From a virus (lineage: Duplodnaviria; Heunggongvirae; Uroviricota; Caudoviricetes), in IMG/VR virus record IMGVR_UViG_3300044475_000054, positions 1-64,000 of that record: DNA of 64,000 nt; one strand, given 5' to 3'. The position numbers and the translations under genes are program-made. The notes under the pieces were generated by a model. That model saw nothing but the letters and a program-made list of their open reading frames with translations. It was not told the DNA's origin and made no database searches. Shown here piece after piece: positions 9,276-18,471 of the stretch (within the stretch, counting starts at the first letter, position 1; each line of letters starts with the position of its first letter).

Positions 9276-9485
9276 ATGAAAACTAAAGTTATTTCAGCAC
9301 ATGGTTGGTTTAATGCTGAGAAAGATGATGTGATTCTTTATGATAAGTGGCAAGCTTATTTAAATTATCCACACAAAGATGATAGTCATGCAGATGACGA
9401 TTTGTGGGAACTAGTTAATGGTTCAATTAAATTTAATGCAGATTTGCACGAACGAGTATTGCTTGAAGGAGAAGAAGATGAGTAA
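9276..9485 (+). CDS. hypothetical acidic protein (start moved to ATG 9276 behind gaggag)
   Basis: An in-frame gaggag RBS lies between the track start 9255 and ATG 9276. Confidence 0.45.
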   Translation: MKTKVISAHGWFNAEKDDVILYDKWQAYLNYPHKDDSHADDDLWELVNGSIKFNADLHERVLLEGEEDE

Positions 9486-9654
9486 TTTTGAAGTTGTATT
9501 TAAGACTTGTTTAGAGTCTATGTACGAAGTAAATGAACAGAAGATGGGTAAAATGATTGCAGATATGATGCAATTAGGTTTTGTTGAGATGAAGCCAGTA
9601 TTTGAGATTTTCTATAATCAAGGTGTTAAAGATGGTAAAGGGGATAAAGAATGA
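9478..9654 (+). CDS. hypothetical protein (start moved to ATG 9478)
   Basis: RBS ggagaagaagATG. This avoids a 67-nt overlap of the track ORF 9418 with the upstream gene. Confidence 0.4.
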   Translation: MSNFEVVFKTCLESMYEVNEQKMGKMIADMMQLGFVEMKPVFEIFYNQGVKDGKGDKE

Positions 9655-9845
9655 ACTTAGGTTTGTATGAATTAATGGATCGTATTTATGTTGTTCAAAA
9701 CACATTACATGATAATGTATACGAACACCAAGAAACAGATGCAGAGTTACAACTTATTCTAGATAATGCTCAAGATGCTTTATCAGAAGCTCACCAATAC
9801 GTAGCTCGTAAATTTGATGAAACCAGCACAACAGAAACTAACTAA
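9651..9845 (+). CDS. hypothetical protein
   Basis: ATGA overlap with the upstream gene. Confidence 0.45.
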   Translation: MNLGLYELMDRIYVVQNTLHDNVYEHQETDAELQLILDNAQDALSEAHQYVARKFDETSTTETN

Positions 9846-9857
9846 AGAGGAAATGAA

Positions 9858-10355
9858 ATGTTAGAAGTGAAAATTAAAAAGTTACATAAAGATGCAGTTA
9901 TTCCAACTTACGCCAAATCAGGTGATGCTGGAATGGATTTAACCGCCGTTACTTGTGAATATGACAATGACGATAATATTTGTTACGACACAGGCTTAGC
10001 TTTTGAAATTCCCGAAGGTTACGTTGGTTTGATTTTCCCACGATCTAGTTTGAGTAAACAAGACTTACTACTTACCAATCACGTTGGCGTTATCGACTCA
10101 GGATACCGAGGTTCTGTTTCTTTTAAATTCAAATATACAAAACCAAGCTACGATTTGAATGAAGATTATGACGGTTTAGATGACGACAAACATTGGAGAG
10201 TAAAGCTTTCTCACAGCACACAGAAAGAGTACAAGGTTGGTGATCGTATCGGTCAGATAATCATTGTGTCTTACCCTAAAGTATCTTTTGTTGAAGTAGA
10301 TGAGTTATCAGATACAGAACGTGGTACAGGTGGTTTTGGTAGCACTAATAAATAA
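9858..10355 (+). CDS. dut: dUTP diphosphatase (dUTPase)
   Basis: Classic dUTPase motifs: AVIPTYAKSGDAGMDL, GLIFPRSSL, HVGVIDSGYRG, IGQIIIV, ERGTGGFGSTN. RBS aagaggaaatgaaATG. Confidence 0.85.
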   Translation: MLEVKIKKLHKDAVIPTYAKSGDAGMDLTAVTCEYDNDDNICYDTGLAFEIPEGYVGLIFPRSSLSKQDLLLTNHVGVIDSGYRGSVSFKFKYTKPSYDLNEDYDGLDDDKHWRVKLSHSTQKEYKVGDRIGQIIIVSYPKVSFVEVDELSDTERGTGGFGSTNK

Positions 10356-10400
10356 TTAGTCAAACAACTAAATAATTCAAAGCATGTTAGCATTAATTTG

Positions 10401-10429
10401 TTGACATGCTTTTTCTATTTGTGTACTAT
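10401..10429 (+). promoter_or_regulatory. sigma70-like promoter ttgaca-N17-tactat
   Basis: TTGACA 10401-10406, 17-nt spacer, TACTAT 10424-10429. Confidence 0.45.
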
Positions 10430-10469
10430 GTATTTATCGAAACGAGATAATGTGTTTAAGGAGAACTTC

Positions 10470-10607
10470 ATGTTTACAAAACTTAAAGTGTGGTGGATGT
10501 TACGTTGTTTTAAGAAGGGTTTAGAAACAAACCCAGAAATGCAAGCTCTAAAGAAAAGAATGGAAAGTTGTATTGAACGTAATAAGGAGAGCAATAATGA
10601 ACATTGA
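10470..10607 (+). CDS. small hypothetical protein (start at ATG 10470 behind aaggagaac)
   Basis: The track ORF 10398 overlaps the promoter. The internal ATG has a good RBS. Confidence 0.35.
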   Translation: MFTKLKVWWMLRCFKKGLETNPEMQALKKRMESCIERNKESNNEH

Positions 10608-10863
10608 ATTACTACGTAAAGAAATCAATAAAACAAATGCTACACTATTCCGTGTAAACTTTGTTAAACAAAACGGTGAACATCGTACAATGTATGCAAA
10701 AATTGGGATTAAACGACACCTCAGCAAAAACCCAAACAAACGTAAAGTATCAAATGTAAATAACGATATTATGCGAGTGTTTGATTGTGAGAGTAAGTCA
10801 TACAAGAGTTTTAAGTTAAGCTCTGTAACTGAATTTAGTTGTCGTAATGTTGTTTTGAAATAG
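10597..10863 (+). CDS. hypothetical basic protein (start at ATG 10597 behind aaggagagc)
   Basis: RBS aataaggagagcaataATG. Lys/Arg-rich. Confidence 0.45.
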   Translation: MNIELLRKEINKTNATLFRVNFVKQNGEHRTMYAKIGIKRHLSKNPNKRKVSNVNNDIMRVFDCESKSYKSFKLSSVTEFSCRNVVLK

Positions 10864-10873
10864 GAGATAAGAG

Positions 10874-11059
10874 ATGAAAGTTTTAGTTGTCGGTGATTTT
10901 AAAAACAAGCAATATTTAATAAATAAGTTAATTGAGCAAAGTGTTGAGGTTATTCAAGATAATGAAAAGACCTTGCGAGGGAAGGTTGCTGATCAACTGT
11001 TCATAGATGAAAGTTGGATTGAGGATAAGTTAAATGAACATCAAATTCCAAAACACTAA
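10874..11059 (+). CDS. hypothetical protein
   Basis: RBS aggagataagagATG. Confidence 0.5.
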   Translation: MKVLVVGDFKNKQYLINKLIEQSVEVIQDNEKTLRGKVADQLFIDESWIEDKLNEHQIPKH

Positions 11060-11264
11060 AGCTAATCGTAAAGCTCTGACTGAAGCAGGTTTTAAGATAC
11101 ACGATCCTCATAAAACATTTAATCGTAAAGCATGGATTATCATTGGAGATGACGGTATGTTATACGGAGTAGATCGAAGAACCTTTGTTGTTGTAACTGT
11201 TGAAGATTACCTTGAAAGTAAAGATTACAAATTTAACATTGAAAATTGGGAAGAATTACGATGA
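11034..11264 (+). CDS. hypothetical protein
   Basis: ORF in the packed block. Confidence 0.45.
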   Translation: MNIKFQNTKANRKALTEAGFKIHDPHKTFNRKAWIIIGDDGMLYGVDRRTFVVVTVEDYLESKDYKFNIENWEELR

Positions 11265-11440
11265 AAACACAACAAGAAGTTGAAAAGCTTCGTGATGAAG
11301 TTTATGCAAAAGCACTAGAATACCAAAGTAAGTCATCAGATGCATATTTTAATGATGACAAACTGGCTATGAACGAATACAACCAAGCTTATGGGAAGTT
11401 TTTAGCCCAATATCAAATTTTACTGAAGGTATTAGAATGA
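11261..11440 (+). CDS. hypothetical protein (start at ATG 11261)
   Basis: In-frame ATG with ATGA overlap with the upstream stop. Confidence 0.4.
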   Translation: MKTQQEVEKLRDEVYAKALEYQSKSSDAYFNDDKLAMNEYNQAYGKFLAQYQILLKVLE

Positions 11441-11703
11441 ATTGTATTAAACTTAGAGAAGAACTTGTACAAGACTTACTTAAAGCTCGAATCTACTACT
11501 CTAACAAAGTTGACACTCTTAAAGAAAAGAAGAAGTGGTGGATGATTGCACCATTCTCTCAAACTGATTTAGATTTAATTAGATACGAGTTTCGAGTAGA
11601 GTATATTGAGAATATGTATCGGATGGTGAGTAAATCTACTGCTAGTACAGTTGCTTTAGATTTATATGAATTTAACCGAATATATGAGTATGAAAATGAT
11701 TAA
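11437..11703 (+). CDS. hypothetical protein
   Basis: ATGA overlap. Confidence 0.45.
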   Translation: MNCIKLREELVQDLLKARIYYSNKVDTLKEKKKWWMIAPFSQTDLDLIRYEFRVEYIENMYRMVSKSTASTVALDLYEFNRIYEYEND

Positions 11704-11872
11704 ATTTGGATTTTATCTGTCCTTAGCACTAACAATATTTGGGCTGTGTTTTATATTAGATGTAACCCACATGTTAGACAATAGAAATTTAGCTATCTTC
11801 GTTGAGTCTGTAGCTTTATATTTATACAGTGTATTTATTGCACACAATGCTAAACATGTGAAGTGGTGGTAA
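11696..11872 (+). CDS. small membrane protein (2 TM)
   Basis: FGFYLSLALTIFGLCFIL and LAIFVESVALYLYSVFIA are hydrophobic. Confidence 0.4.
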   Translation: MIKFGFYLSLALTIFGLCFILDVTHMLDNRNLAIFVESVALYLYSVFIAHNAKHVKWW

Positions 11873-11873
11873 T

Positions 11874-12116
11874 ATGATTAAATTTAACATGAATAATTAC
11901 GTTTGGTTTGAACCTACAGAACTTGGTTTACAAGTATTTATTGACTACTACAAAGCTTATGGTTTTGATCATAAGTTAGAAGTTATTAACGGTAAAGCTG
12001 GGTTACAATTTCACAACTTTATTGATGTGTATGGTGAGTATATTACTACTTACATTTGTAAAGATAGAGAAGTGTTTAAGCATTATGAGTTTTATATTGA
12101 TGAGGAGTTGTTGTGA
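11874..12116 (+). CDS. hypothetical protein
   Basis: ORF following the previous stop by 2 nt. Confidence 0.45.
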   Translation: MIKFNMNNYVWFEPTELGLQVFIDYYKAYGFDHKLEVINGKAGLQFHNFIDVYGEYITTYICKDREVFKHYEFYIDEELL

Positions 12117-12340
12117 TTAAACTTGAAGATGTAGATGGCAATGATATTAAACTACCTCATGGAACAATTGAGTTAGATGTAGAGCAAGGGGGTTGGTGTA
12201 CGAATTATAGTGTAGATATTACTTGGACAGTCGATTATCATCGTCCCGATTTAGAGTTGTATAAGTACGAAATCTGCACTAGTTTAGAGGAAGCTTTAGA
12301 TTGGTACAACAAACAAGATTTAGCTACTAAAGGTGCATAG
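12113..12340 (+). CDS. hypothetical protein
   Basis: GTGA-type overlap. Confidence 0.45.
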   Translation: MIKLEDVDGNDIKLPHGTIELDVEQGGWCTNYSVDITWTVDYHRPDLELYKYEICTSLEEALDWYNKQDLATKGA

Positions 12341-12514
12341 ATGAACATTCTAAAGATTTCAATCATACAAATATTGTTCTTAGTAATTGTAAGTTTAGGT
12401 GCTTTGATGAGTGGAGATAAAATCACCTCATGTATTGCAGGTTTGTATGCAATCCCTTATGTGCTGATGGTAATATCTTTTGCACCAGAAATTATAGAAA
12501 ATGAGAAATATTAA
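12341..12514 (+). CDS. small membrane protein (57 aa, 2 TM), not in the supplied ORF track
   Basis: ATG at 12341 directly after the upstream stop. Translates to MNILKISIIQILFLVIVSLGALMSGDKITSCIAGLYAIPYVLMVISFAPEIIENEKY. A hairpin plus T-run follows. Confidence 0.4.
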   Translation: MNILKISIIQILFLVIVSLGALMSGDKITSCIAGLYAIPYVLMVISFAPEIIENEKY

Positions 12515-12593
12515 TTACAAAAGGAATTGACTTAATAGTTGATTCCTTTCTTGTTTTGTACTACACTAATTTCATAAATTAAGGAGATATGTT

Positions 12594-12833
12594 ATGAAAG
12601 TTAACATGAAAACAACACGTTACTTCTCTTGGTTATTACAAAGTAAGAAGAACCAAAAAGAGTTTAAGAGTTGGTTAACAGATAATGGTTATGACGTGTT
12701 TGAAGGTAACGGATTGGCATTTAATGAAGTCATTAAGTTCAAATATAAAAAGACAGAAGGTGTGTTGTGGGTGACTGGTTATGCGAACCCTGTTTTTATA
12801 ATGTTGATGAAGAAGTTTAAGGATGGTTTATAG
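12594..12833 (+). CDS. hypothetical protein
   Basis: RBS taaggagatatgttATG. Confidence 0.5.
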   Translation: MKVNMKTTRYFSWLLQSKKNQKEFKSWLTDNGYDVFEGNGLAFNEVIKFKYKKTEGVLWVTGYANPVFIMLMKKFKDGL

Positions 12834-13039
12834 TGAAGTATTTTGATGGTGTTAACAATTTGTACAAGGTCGCTGAAATGTCTCTTGAGGACATGAAAGC
12901 GTTTCAGTTACAACAACTCAACAGGCTGGATATACTACGTAAAGAGTTACAGCAAACACGTTTGAAACTAGAGTTAGAGATTGTAGATTTGCAATGTGAT
13001 GTTAATACTGTTCAGAGGTTGATGAGAGGTGTAAAATGA
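12833..13039 (+). CDS. hypothetical coiled-coil protein
   Basis: ORF in the packed block. Confidence 0.45.
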   Translation: MKYFDGVNNLYKVAEMSLEDMKAFQLQQLNRLDILRKELQQTRLKLELEIVDLQCDVNTVQRLMRGVK

Positions 13040-13323
13040 ACATTAAAGAATATAAATCAGAACTTGGTAAACTATATCAATCTAAACGAGAAGAAGCTCC
13101 ATTACAGAAGATTGTATTTGAGATTTATAGTTTGTTTAAGTTTTGGATTGAGAGTGGAGAGATGTTGCCAATTAGCATTTCTGCTAAGGATTATCAACGA
13201 TTAACAGACAATCAAATTGAGTTGGTAATTATTCAATTAGCTGACAAAGGTTGTAAAGTTGAATATGTGATAGAAAAACGTATTAATAGTGAAAACAAGT
13301 TTGTTCTTGTTGATTTAGTTTAG
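13036..13323 (+). CDS. hypothetical protein
   Basis: ATGA overlap. Confidence 0.45.
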   Translation: MNIKEYKSELGKLYQSKREEAPLQKIVFEIYSLFKFWIESGEMLPISISAKDYQRLTDNQIELVIIQLADKGCKVEYVIEKRINSENKFVLVDLV

Positions 13324-13331
13324 GAGTTATT

Positions 13332-13604
13332 ATGAAAACAATTAACTTTTCATTTAGAGACAAAGATGGTGAAGTGTTATTAAACACTCACTTGGTTGTG
13401 CATCAAGGTATGAACTGGATAGGTTTAGAAGAAGCTCTTTCTGATATGATTTCAGATATTACAGGTAAAAGAGAAGACGCTAGTGCTGCTATTTTGTGTG
13501 ATCAGTGGTTAAAGGTTAAAGAATTTCCTAACGGAATGCATTTCTTCATCAATTACAGCAATTATTGGGGTTTTACTTCAGCTTATTTATTTAGAGAAGA
13601 ATGA
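13332..13604 (+). CDS. hypothetical protein
   Basis: RBS taggagttattATG. Confidence 0.5.
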   Translation: MKTINFSFRDKDGEVLLNTHLVVHQGMNWIGLEEALSDMISDITGKREDASAAILCDQWLKVKEFPNGMHFFINYSNYWGFTSAYLFREE

Positions 13605-13900
13605 TTATGAAATTCATATCACAAAACAACACATACGAATTTGACAGTATTGATTTTAAGAACGACTTAGTTGCTCTATATATTGACAATCAGTATACAG
13701 TTTTTAAGTTTGATGGTGATGTAGAGTTCTTCAGGGATGGAGATGGTACTGGAGCAATATGGGTTGATTTCTCACATGATATTACTGTAGAATTAGTACA
13801 TGAATTAAGTGATGATAACTTAGTCCTACTTAACTTTAAAGAAGTATATATTATTGAGTGGATTGCTGAACAAATTTATAAGGAGAAGTGTGATGAGTAA
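13601..13900 (+). CDS. hypothetical protein
   Basis: ATGA overlap. Confidence 0.45.
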   Translation: MIMKFISQNNTYEFDSIDFKNDLVALYIDNQYTVFKFDGDVEFFRDGDGTGAIWVDFSHDITVELVHELSDDNLVLLNFKEVYIIEWIAEQIYKEKCDE

Positions 13901-14135
13901 CTTAGATAAGAGTTTTGACGATTGGTTAAAGGAACAAAACCAACCAGCTAGTAATTTCTTAAGACGAGAGGCTTATGAGGCAGGACAACAATCTAGACAG
14001 AAAGAGATTGATCGACTTAAAGCGATTATTACAGAAGCTTTAGCTGTGTATGATAGACCAATGTGTGATGAAACTGCATTGTATCAAAGAGATGACGATA
14101 TTTACCACATCCTTACGGAAGATAAATTTGTTTAA
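13893..14135 (+). CDS. hypothetical protein (start at ATG 13893 behind aaggagaag)
   Basis: In-frame ATG with a strong RBS. Confidence 0.45.
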   Translation: MSNLDKSFDDWLKEQNQPASNFLRREAYEAGQQSRQKEIDRLKAIITEALAVYDRPMCDETALYQRDDDIYHILTEDKFV

Positions 14136-14219
14136 TTTACACAAAACACTGCAATTAATAGTTGTGGTGTTTTTATTTACCTGTTATATTTACATCATTG
14201 AACAACAAGGTTTAAACAA

Positions 14220-14588
14220 ATGAATATCTTTATCTTAGACACAGATGTTAAGAAGAATGCACAATATCACGCTAACACTCACGTTGTTAAACAGGTGCTT
14301 GAATATTGTCAATTACTCTCAGGAGCTTGTCATTTGCAGGGTGTTGCTGTTGATGGTATGTATAAACTAACTCACAAATCGCATCCAAGTATGAAATGGG
14401 TCTTAGAAAGTAAGCAGAACTTCGACTATTTATTATCTCTTACAGAAGCTTTATTAGAAGAATATACACATCGTTATGGTAAAGTACATGCTTCATCAAG
14501 ATTGATTCCTTTATTTAAATCTGTGCAAAATAACATCCCTAAAGGTTATAATAAACTAACTAAGTTTGCTATTGTAGTGAATAAATAA
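14220..14588 (+). CDS. conserved phage protein of unknown function
   Basis: The N-terminus (MNIFILDTDVKKNAQYHANTHVVKQVLEYCQLLSGA) resembles a recurrent phage-family N-terminal block that I recall but cannot name from sequence alone. Confidence 0.5.
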   Translation: MNIFILDTDVKKNAQYHANTHVVKQVLEYCQLLSGACHLQGVAVDGMYKLTHKSHPSMKWVLESKQNFDYLLSLTEALLEEYTHRYGKVHASSRLIPLFKSVQNNIPKGYNKLTKFAIVVNK

Positions 14589-14708
14589 GTAAGTAATACA
14601 CAAGATGCTGTAACAGATTATCGTAAGTTGTATATGACATCTAAACGTGATTTGTGTAAGTGGAAGAATCGCAATACACCAGAATGGTTTGTTTAAGGAG
14701 GTTATAAA

Positions 14709-15137
14709 ATGATTTTTTACAGAGTTGTGAATCTTGTGACGGGTAGAGGAGCATACTCCCACACTGACTATTGTGATCAAAACAACATAGACTGCAAGTG
14801 GCGACATGAGTTAGTTAATATGAGTTTAAGTCATGGCTCTACTGTAAATTCAAGAAGAACCCCTTGTTTGTATGAGGATGATCTGCTATATAGTGGTTGG
14901 TCACACACCATAAAAGAAAGTACAGAAGGTAACTATCAAATCTTTTGTTTTGAATCTATTAACCATTTTAAGAGTTGGTTTTCACATGAAGAACGTGAAC
15001 TTTTGAATGATGCTGGATTTAAATTAATGTCTTTTGAATGTGAGGTTTATAATCTTTATAGAAAACAGGCGACAGTTCCACTAAATGTGTTTAAACATTG
15101 CAAAGTTTTAGACGTGACAAGTTTATTAGGATATTAA
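14709..15137 (+). CDS. hypothetical protein
   Basis: RBS aaggaggttataaaATG. Confidence 0.55.
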   Translation: MIFYRVVNLVTGRGAYSHTDYCDQNNIDCKWRHELVNMSLSHGSTVNSRRTPCLYEDDLLYSGWSHTIKESTEGNYQIFCFESINHFKSWFSHEERELLNDAGFKLMSFECEVYNLYRKQATVPLNVFKHCKVLDVTSLLGY

Positions 15138-15151
15138 TCAGGAGATTTAAA

Positions 15152-15427
15152 ATGTGGAATGTTATTGATGAACAAGATGATTTATCATTGCCTCAAGTAG
15201 ATTATGGTTACTTCTTAGTGACTTTAGAATATTATGAAGGTGGAGGTGGACGAACAGTAGATAAAAGCTTTTATACGAAAGATAGGGAGTTTGCTAAACA
15301 AACACACGGGTTGTACAGTCGTAAACATCAAGGTAAGCAATCTGTTCATTTTCAAGCTGCTGGTACAACCTACAGAGTATTAGCTTGGATGGGAATCCCT
15401 GAAGCTTACAATGGAGATTTAAAATGA
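15152..15427 (+). CDS. hypothetical protein (start at ATG 15152 behind caggag; the track ORF starts at TTG 15098)
   Basis: RBS caggagatttaaaATG. Confidence 0.45.
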   Translation: MWNVIDEQDDLSLPQVDYGYFLVTLEYYEGGGGRTVDKSFYTKDREFAKQTHGLYSRKHQGKQSVHFQAAGTTYRVLAWMGIPEAYNGDLK

Positions 15428-15582
15428 CGTATGTTAAACAGTTTCGTGGTAAAGAGGATGACATTTTTACAGAAATTAATAATCACGCTTTAGCTTATGG
15501 TGTGCGAATATTAGGGACTGACACAGTGTTCTATAAGAACGACTTTTACACTATCATTGTAACATTTGAGAAAACGGTATGA
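15424..15582 (+). CDS. small hypothetical protein (52 aa), not in the ORF track
   Basis: ATGA overlaps at both ends fill the gap between 15427 and 15579. Confidence 0.35.
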   Translation: MTYVKQFRGKEDDIFTEINNHALAYGVRILGTDTVFYKNDFYTIIVTFEKTV

Positions 15583-15797
15583 GAGATAAAACAGATACAT
15601 ATACACAAGTACGTTATTTCTACAACAAGGAGACAAACGCAGTTTATAGAATTGTTAATAACTTACGTATATCAATGTATTATCGAAGTAAGAAGTCTTT
15701 TGGTGTTTGTAGCAGTAGCGCTAGAGATATATTAGATGCTTACTATCAAGGTAGGTTTGTTCTTGTTAATGAGAGAGATTTGGAGAAGTTTTTATGA
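15579..15797 (+). CDS. hypothetical protein
   Basis: ATGA overlap. Confidence 0.45.
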   Translation: MRDKTDTYTQVRYFYNKETNAVYRIVNNLRISMYYRSKKSFGVCSSSARDILDAYYQGRFVLVNERDLEKFL

Positions 15798-16054
15798 AAT
15801 ATGATAATGGTTTTAAGATTGAAGATTTCACAGATATTAAAGATGGAATGTCTTTTGATAGGAAGGTAACATTTTATCATGATAAGACTGGTGAAATTGA
15901 AGCTGAATATTACTATTCAGAAGGTAAAGTTAATTACTTACAGAGTTGGGGTTTCTCCAAAGATAGTTTAGGTGAGTTACGTAAATCTAAAGCACATAAA
16001 ACTAAGAAGCCTTTCTTTTCATTACAACAAGGTTGGTTTGGGTTTTCCAAATAA
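15794..16054 (+). CDS. hypothetical protein
   Basis: ATGA overlap. Confidence 0.45.
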   Translation: MKYDNGFKIEDFTDIKDGMSFDRKVTFYHDKTGEIEAEYYYSEGKVNYLQSWGFSKDSLGELRKSKAHKTKKPFFSLQQGWFGFSK

Positions 16055-16213
16055 TCATACAAGGTTTTGATATTAAAGTTTGAATTGATGATACTTTAAA
16101 TCATATACGATTTTCATTAGTAATATCAAAACCTTACAATATTTTAATTCATAAATGGAAACAGTTTTACATAGCTGATTTCTGTAGAAAAGTTTAATTA
16201 GAGGAGTAAAGAT

Positions 16214-16994
16214 GTGAAAAGAGAAGAACAATTAGCTTTGAAGAAAGCTGAATACGAAGGTAAGATTTATCCTAGTAATAGTTATGGTGATGTAGTTGTG
16301 TTAGAGTATGTTAACTCCAGAGATGTTACCATTAAATTTTTAAACACAAGAAACATTCGTAAGACAGGAACATCCGAACTAAGGAAAGGTGAGATCAGAG
16401 ACAATGAAGATTTTCCAGTATATAAGGTGGGGGTTATGGATATACCTAACGAACTAAGAAGAGGTCAGCCTGCACCTAAAGAATATAGTATTTGGAATGG
16501 AATAAGACAACGATGTTATAATGAGAATACCAGAGAAACTTCCCTCGTATGAGGGTGTTGAGATGTCGGAGAATTTTAAATTCTATTCTTACTTCAAAGA
16601 ATGGTGCAACAAACAAATAGGTTTTGGTAATGAAGGGTGGCATTTAGATAAAGATATTTTAGTAAAAGGAAATAAAATCTACTCTGAGGAGACGTGTTGT
16701 TTTGTACCTGCTGAGATTAATACTTTGATATTGAGGGCTGATCGAATCAGGGGAAAATACCCTATTGGGGTATACCACGACACTTCTAAAGTTCATAAGA
16801 GGTTTTCGGCAAGAGTAAGTAAGGGCGGAAAATACAAACGTTTTGGAAGTTACTTAACGCCTGAAGAAGCCTTTTATGTGTATAAAAAGGAGAAAGAGTC
16901 TCACATTCAGGAGATAGCTAATAAGTGGAAAGAACAAATTGATCCACGAGTGTATGAAGCGCTAATGAACTGGACAATTGAAATTACAGACTGA
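16214..16994 (+). pseudogene. HNH homing endonuclease (NUMOD4-like N-terminus, HNH, C-terminal AP2 domain) split by a +1 frameshift near 16525-16552
   Basis: Two overlapping ORFs. 16214-16552 ends ...YSIWNGIRQRCYNENTRE. 16521-16994 continues the family signature (SYEGVEM..ENFKFYSYFKEW, HLDKDILVKGNKIYSEETCCFVPAEIN, AP2-like GVYHDTSKVHKRFSARVSKGGKYKRFGSYLTPEEAFYVYKKEKE). GTG start with gaggag RBS. Confidence 0.6.
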
Positions 16995-17022
16995 GGGCTT
17001 CGGCTCTCTTTTTATTTAGATA
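16993..17022 (+). terminator. rho-independent terminator (gagggc-ttcg-gctctc hairpin, then T5)
   Basis: Tetraloop hairpin followed by tttttattt. The same hairpin recurs at 55210. Confidence 0.5.
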
Positions 17023-17525
17023 AACTACCCTAACAACTAACGTTTTTTTTGATATAAAATATCTCCGAGGGGTGAAAGTATTTAGACCTGTTTGTTGGTA
17101 AAAGTTTTGAAAAATAGGTAGTTACATTCGGACGATCAAAAACTAGAAAAGTTTTAGAAAATTTTATCATCTAACCCCAGACCTAGCTTTTGGTAGGTTT
17201 TCAGGTATCAACATTTCAAAACAGATAACTTTAAGTAATGAATAATTAATAAATGTATAACCAATCTAATAATTACAAAAATACTTAAAAAGTTATTGCA
17301 TTTCAAAAATAAATTAATTAAAATCCCGCGCCCGTTTCATCTATATAAACTTGCTTAACTGTTTTAAAATCTTTCGCTACGCACTAATGATAAAACATAA
17401 GGTTCAAAACACTGGCACAGCACCAAAACCAACAATAGAACAGATATACGTTGTCTTTTTTAAATAAAGATTTATTTGATATTCAGACACTTATTAAAAA
17501 CTTTATAATTAATTTAAAATTATTA

Positions 17526-17554
17526 TTGACAGTGTTTTATAAATTTACTAATAT
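17526..17554 (+). promoter_or_regulatory. sigma70-like promoter ttgaca-N17-taatat
   Basis: TTGACA 17526-17531, TAATAT 17549-17554. Sits after a 600-bp ORF-free region. Confidence 0.5.
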
Positions 17555-17604
17555 GAACTCATCGGAAGCAATCAAGCTAAGCCGAACAAATAGGAAATAA
17601 AGAT

Positions 17605-17964
17605 ATGTCAAACTTCACTCTTAACTATGTTTTAGATTCAATCAAATCAGACGTACAAGATGTATTACGTAACTTGTCACAAGATGAATTGAATGAAATG
17701 ACAGCAAAAGACATATGTGACCTTTTAGATGAAAACAATTATGGTGCTCCAGATGTAATTTACTATGCGGACGGTTGGGAGATTGTAGCAGGAAGTTCTT
17801 TTAATGACTATGACGCAGAGTGTTTAGACTTTTCAAACTGTGAAAACTCATTAGATTGTATTATGGAAGAAGCTCGTGGTAAGGTTGATTCAGCATACTA
17901 TACCAATCGTGAAGAGATCGCAGGAGATGTTTTGGATGGTTTACAGAATGAACCACAAGATTAA
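17605..17964 (+). CDS. highly acidic small protein, candidate DNA-mimic (Ocr/ArdA-like) anti-restriction protein
   Basis: 119 aa with about 28 Asp/Glu against 6 Lys/Arg. It is the first gene after a strong promoter. RBS aataggaaataaagatATG. Confidence 0.35.
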   Translation: MSNFTLNYVLDSIKSDVQDVLRNLSQDELNEMTAKDICDLLDENNYGAPDVIYYADGWEIVAGSSFNDYDAECLDFSNCENSLDCIMEEARGKVDSAYYTNREEIAGDVLDGLQNEPQD

Positions 17965-18117
17965 TTAAATAATTTTTAAACTAGGTCAAGATATACGTTT
18001 TATTGATTAACTAAGTTTTATTTTAGATGCAATTTACTCTTACGTGAGTTGCATCACTAAATGAAATATTGTTAAACGACACAAAGTAGCAAGGTAAGCT
18101 TGCAAGGGTAGAGAACT

Positions 18118-18468
18118 ATGAACAAACCAACACAACACGAATTAAACGCATTATTAACGAGTGTGCAAGTCCATTCACATATGGGTGCGTGGGCACGACA
18201 ACAAAGACAACAAAGTTTGTTTATTAAAACTTTGTTTGAAGACGGTACTTTTTTAATTGAAGAGTTCGAGCCAGCACAAAAAGAAGTATTCTATCGTGTT
18301 AAGTGGGAAGATAACGAGCAATATAGTGTAATGGTTGATGTCCCAAACAAATACGATTACCACAAAGAAGCTTCACTTGGTAAAACAAGTATTATTAAGC
18401 GTGAGATTGCTTTCATGAAGGCGCACAGTTTAAGTTTTACTTCTATTGAAGTTGCAGAAGGAGCTTAA
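18118..18468 (+). CDS. hypothetical protein
   Basis: RBS gtagagaactATG. Confidence 0.5.
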   Translation: MNKPTQHELNALLTSVQVHSHMGAWARQQRQQSLFIKTLFEDGTFLIEEFEPAQKEVFYRVKWEDNEQYSVMVDVPNKYDYHKEASLGKTSIIKREIAFMKAHSLSFTSIEVAEGA

Positions 18469-18471
18469 TCA

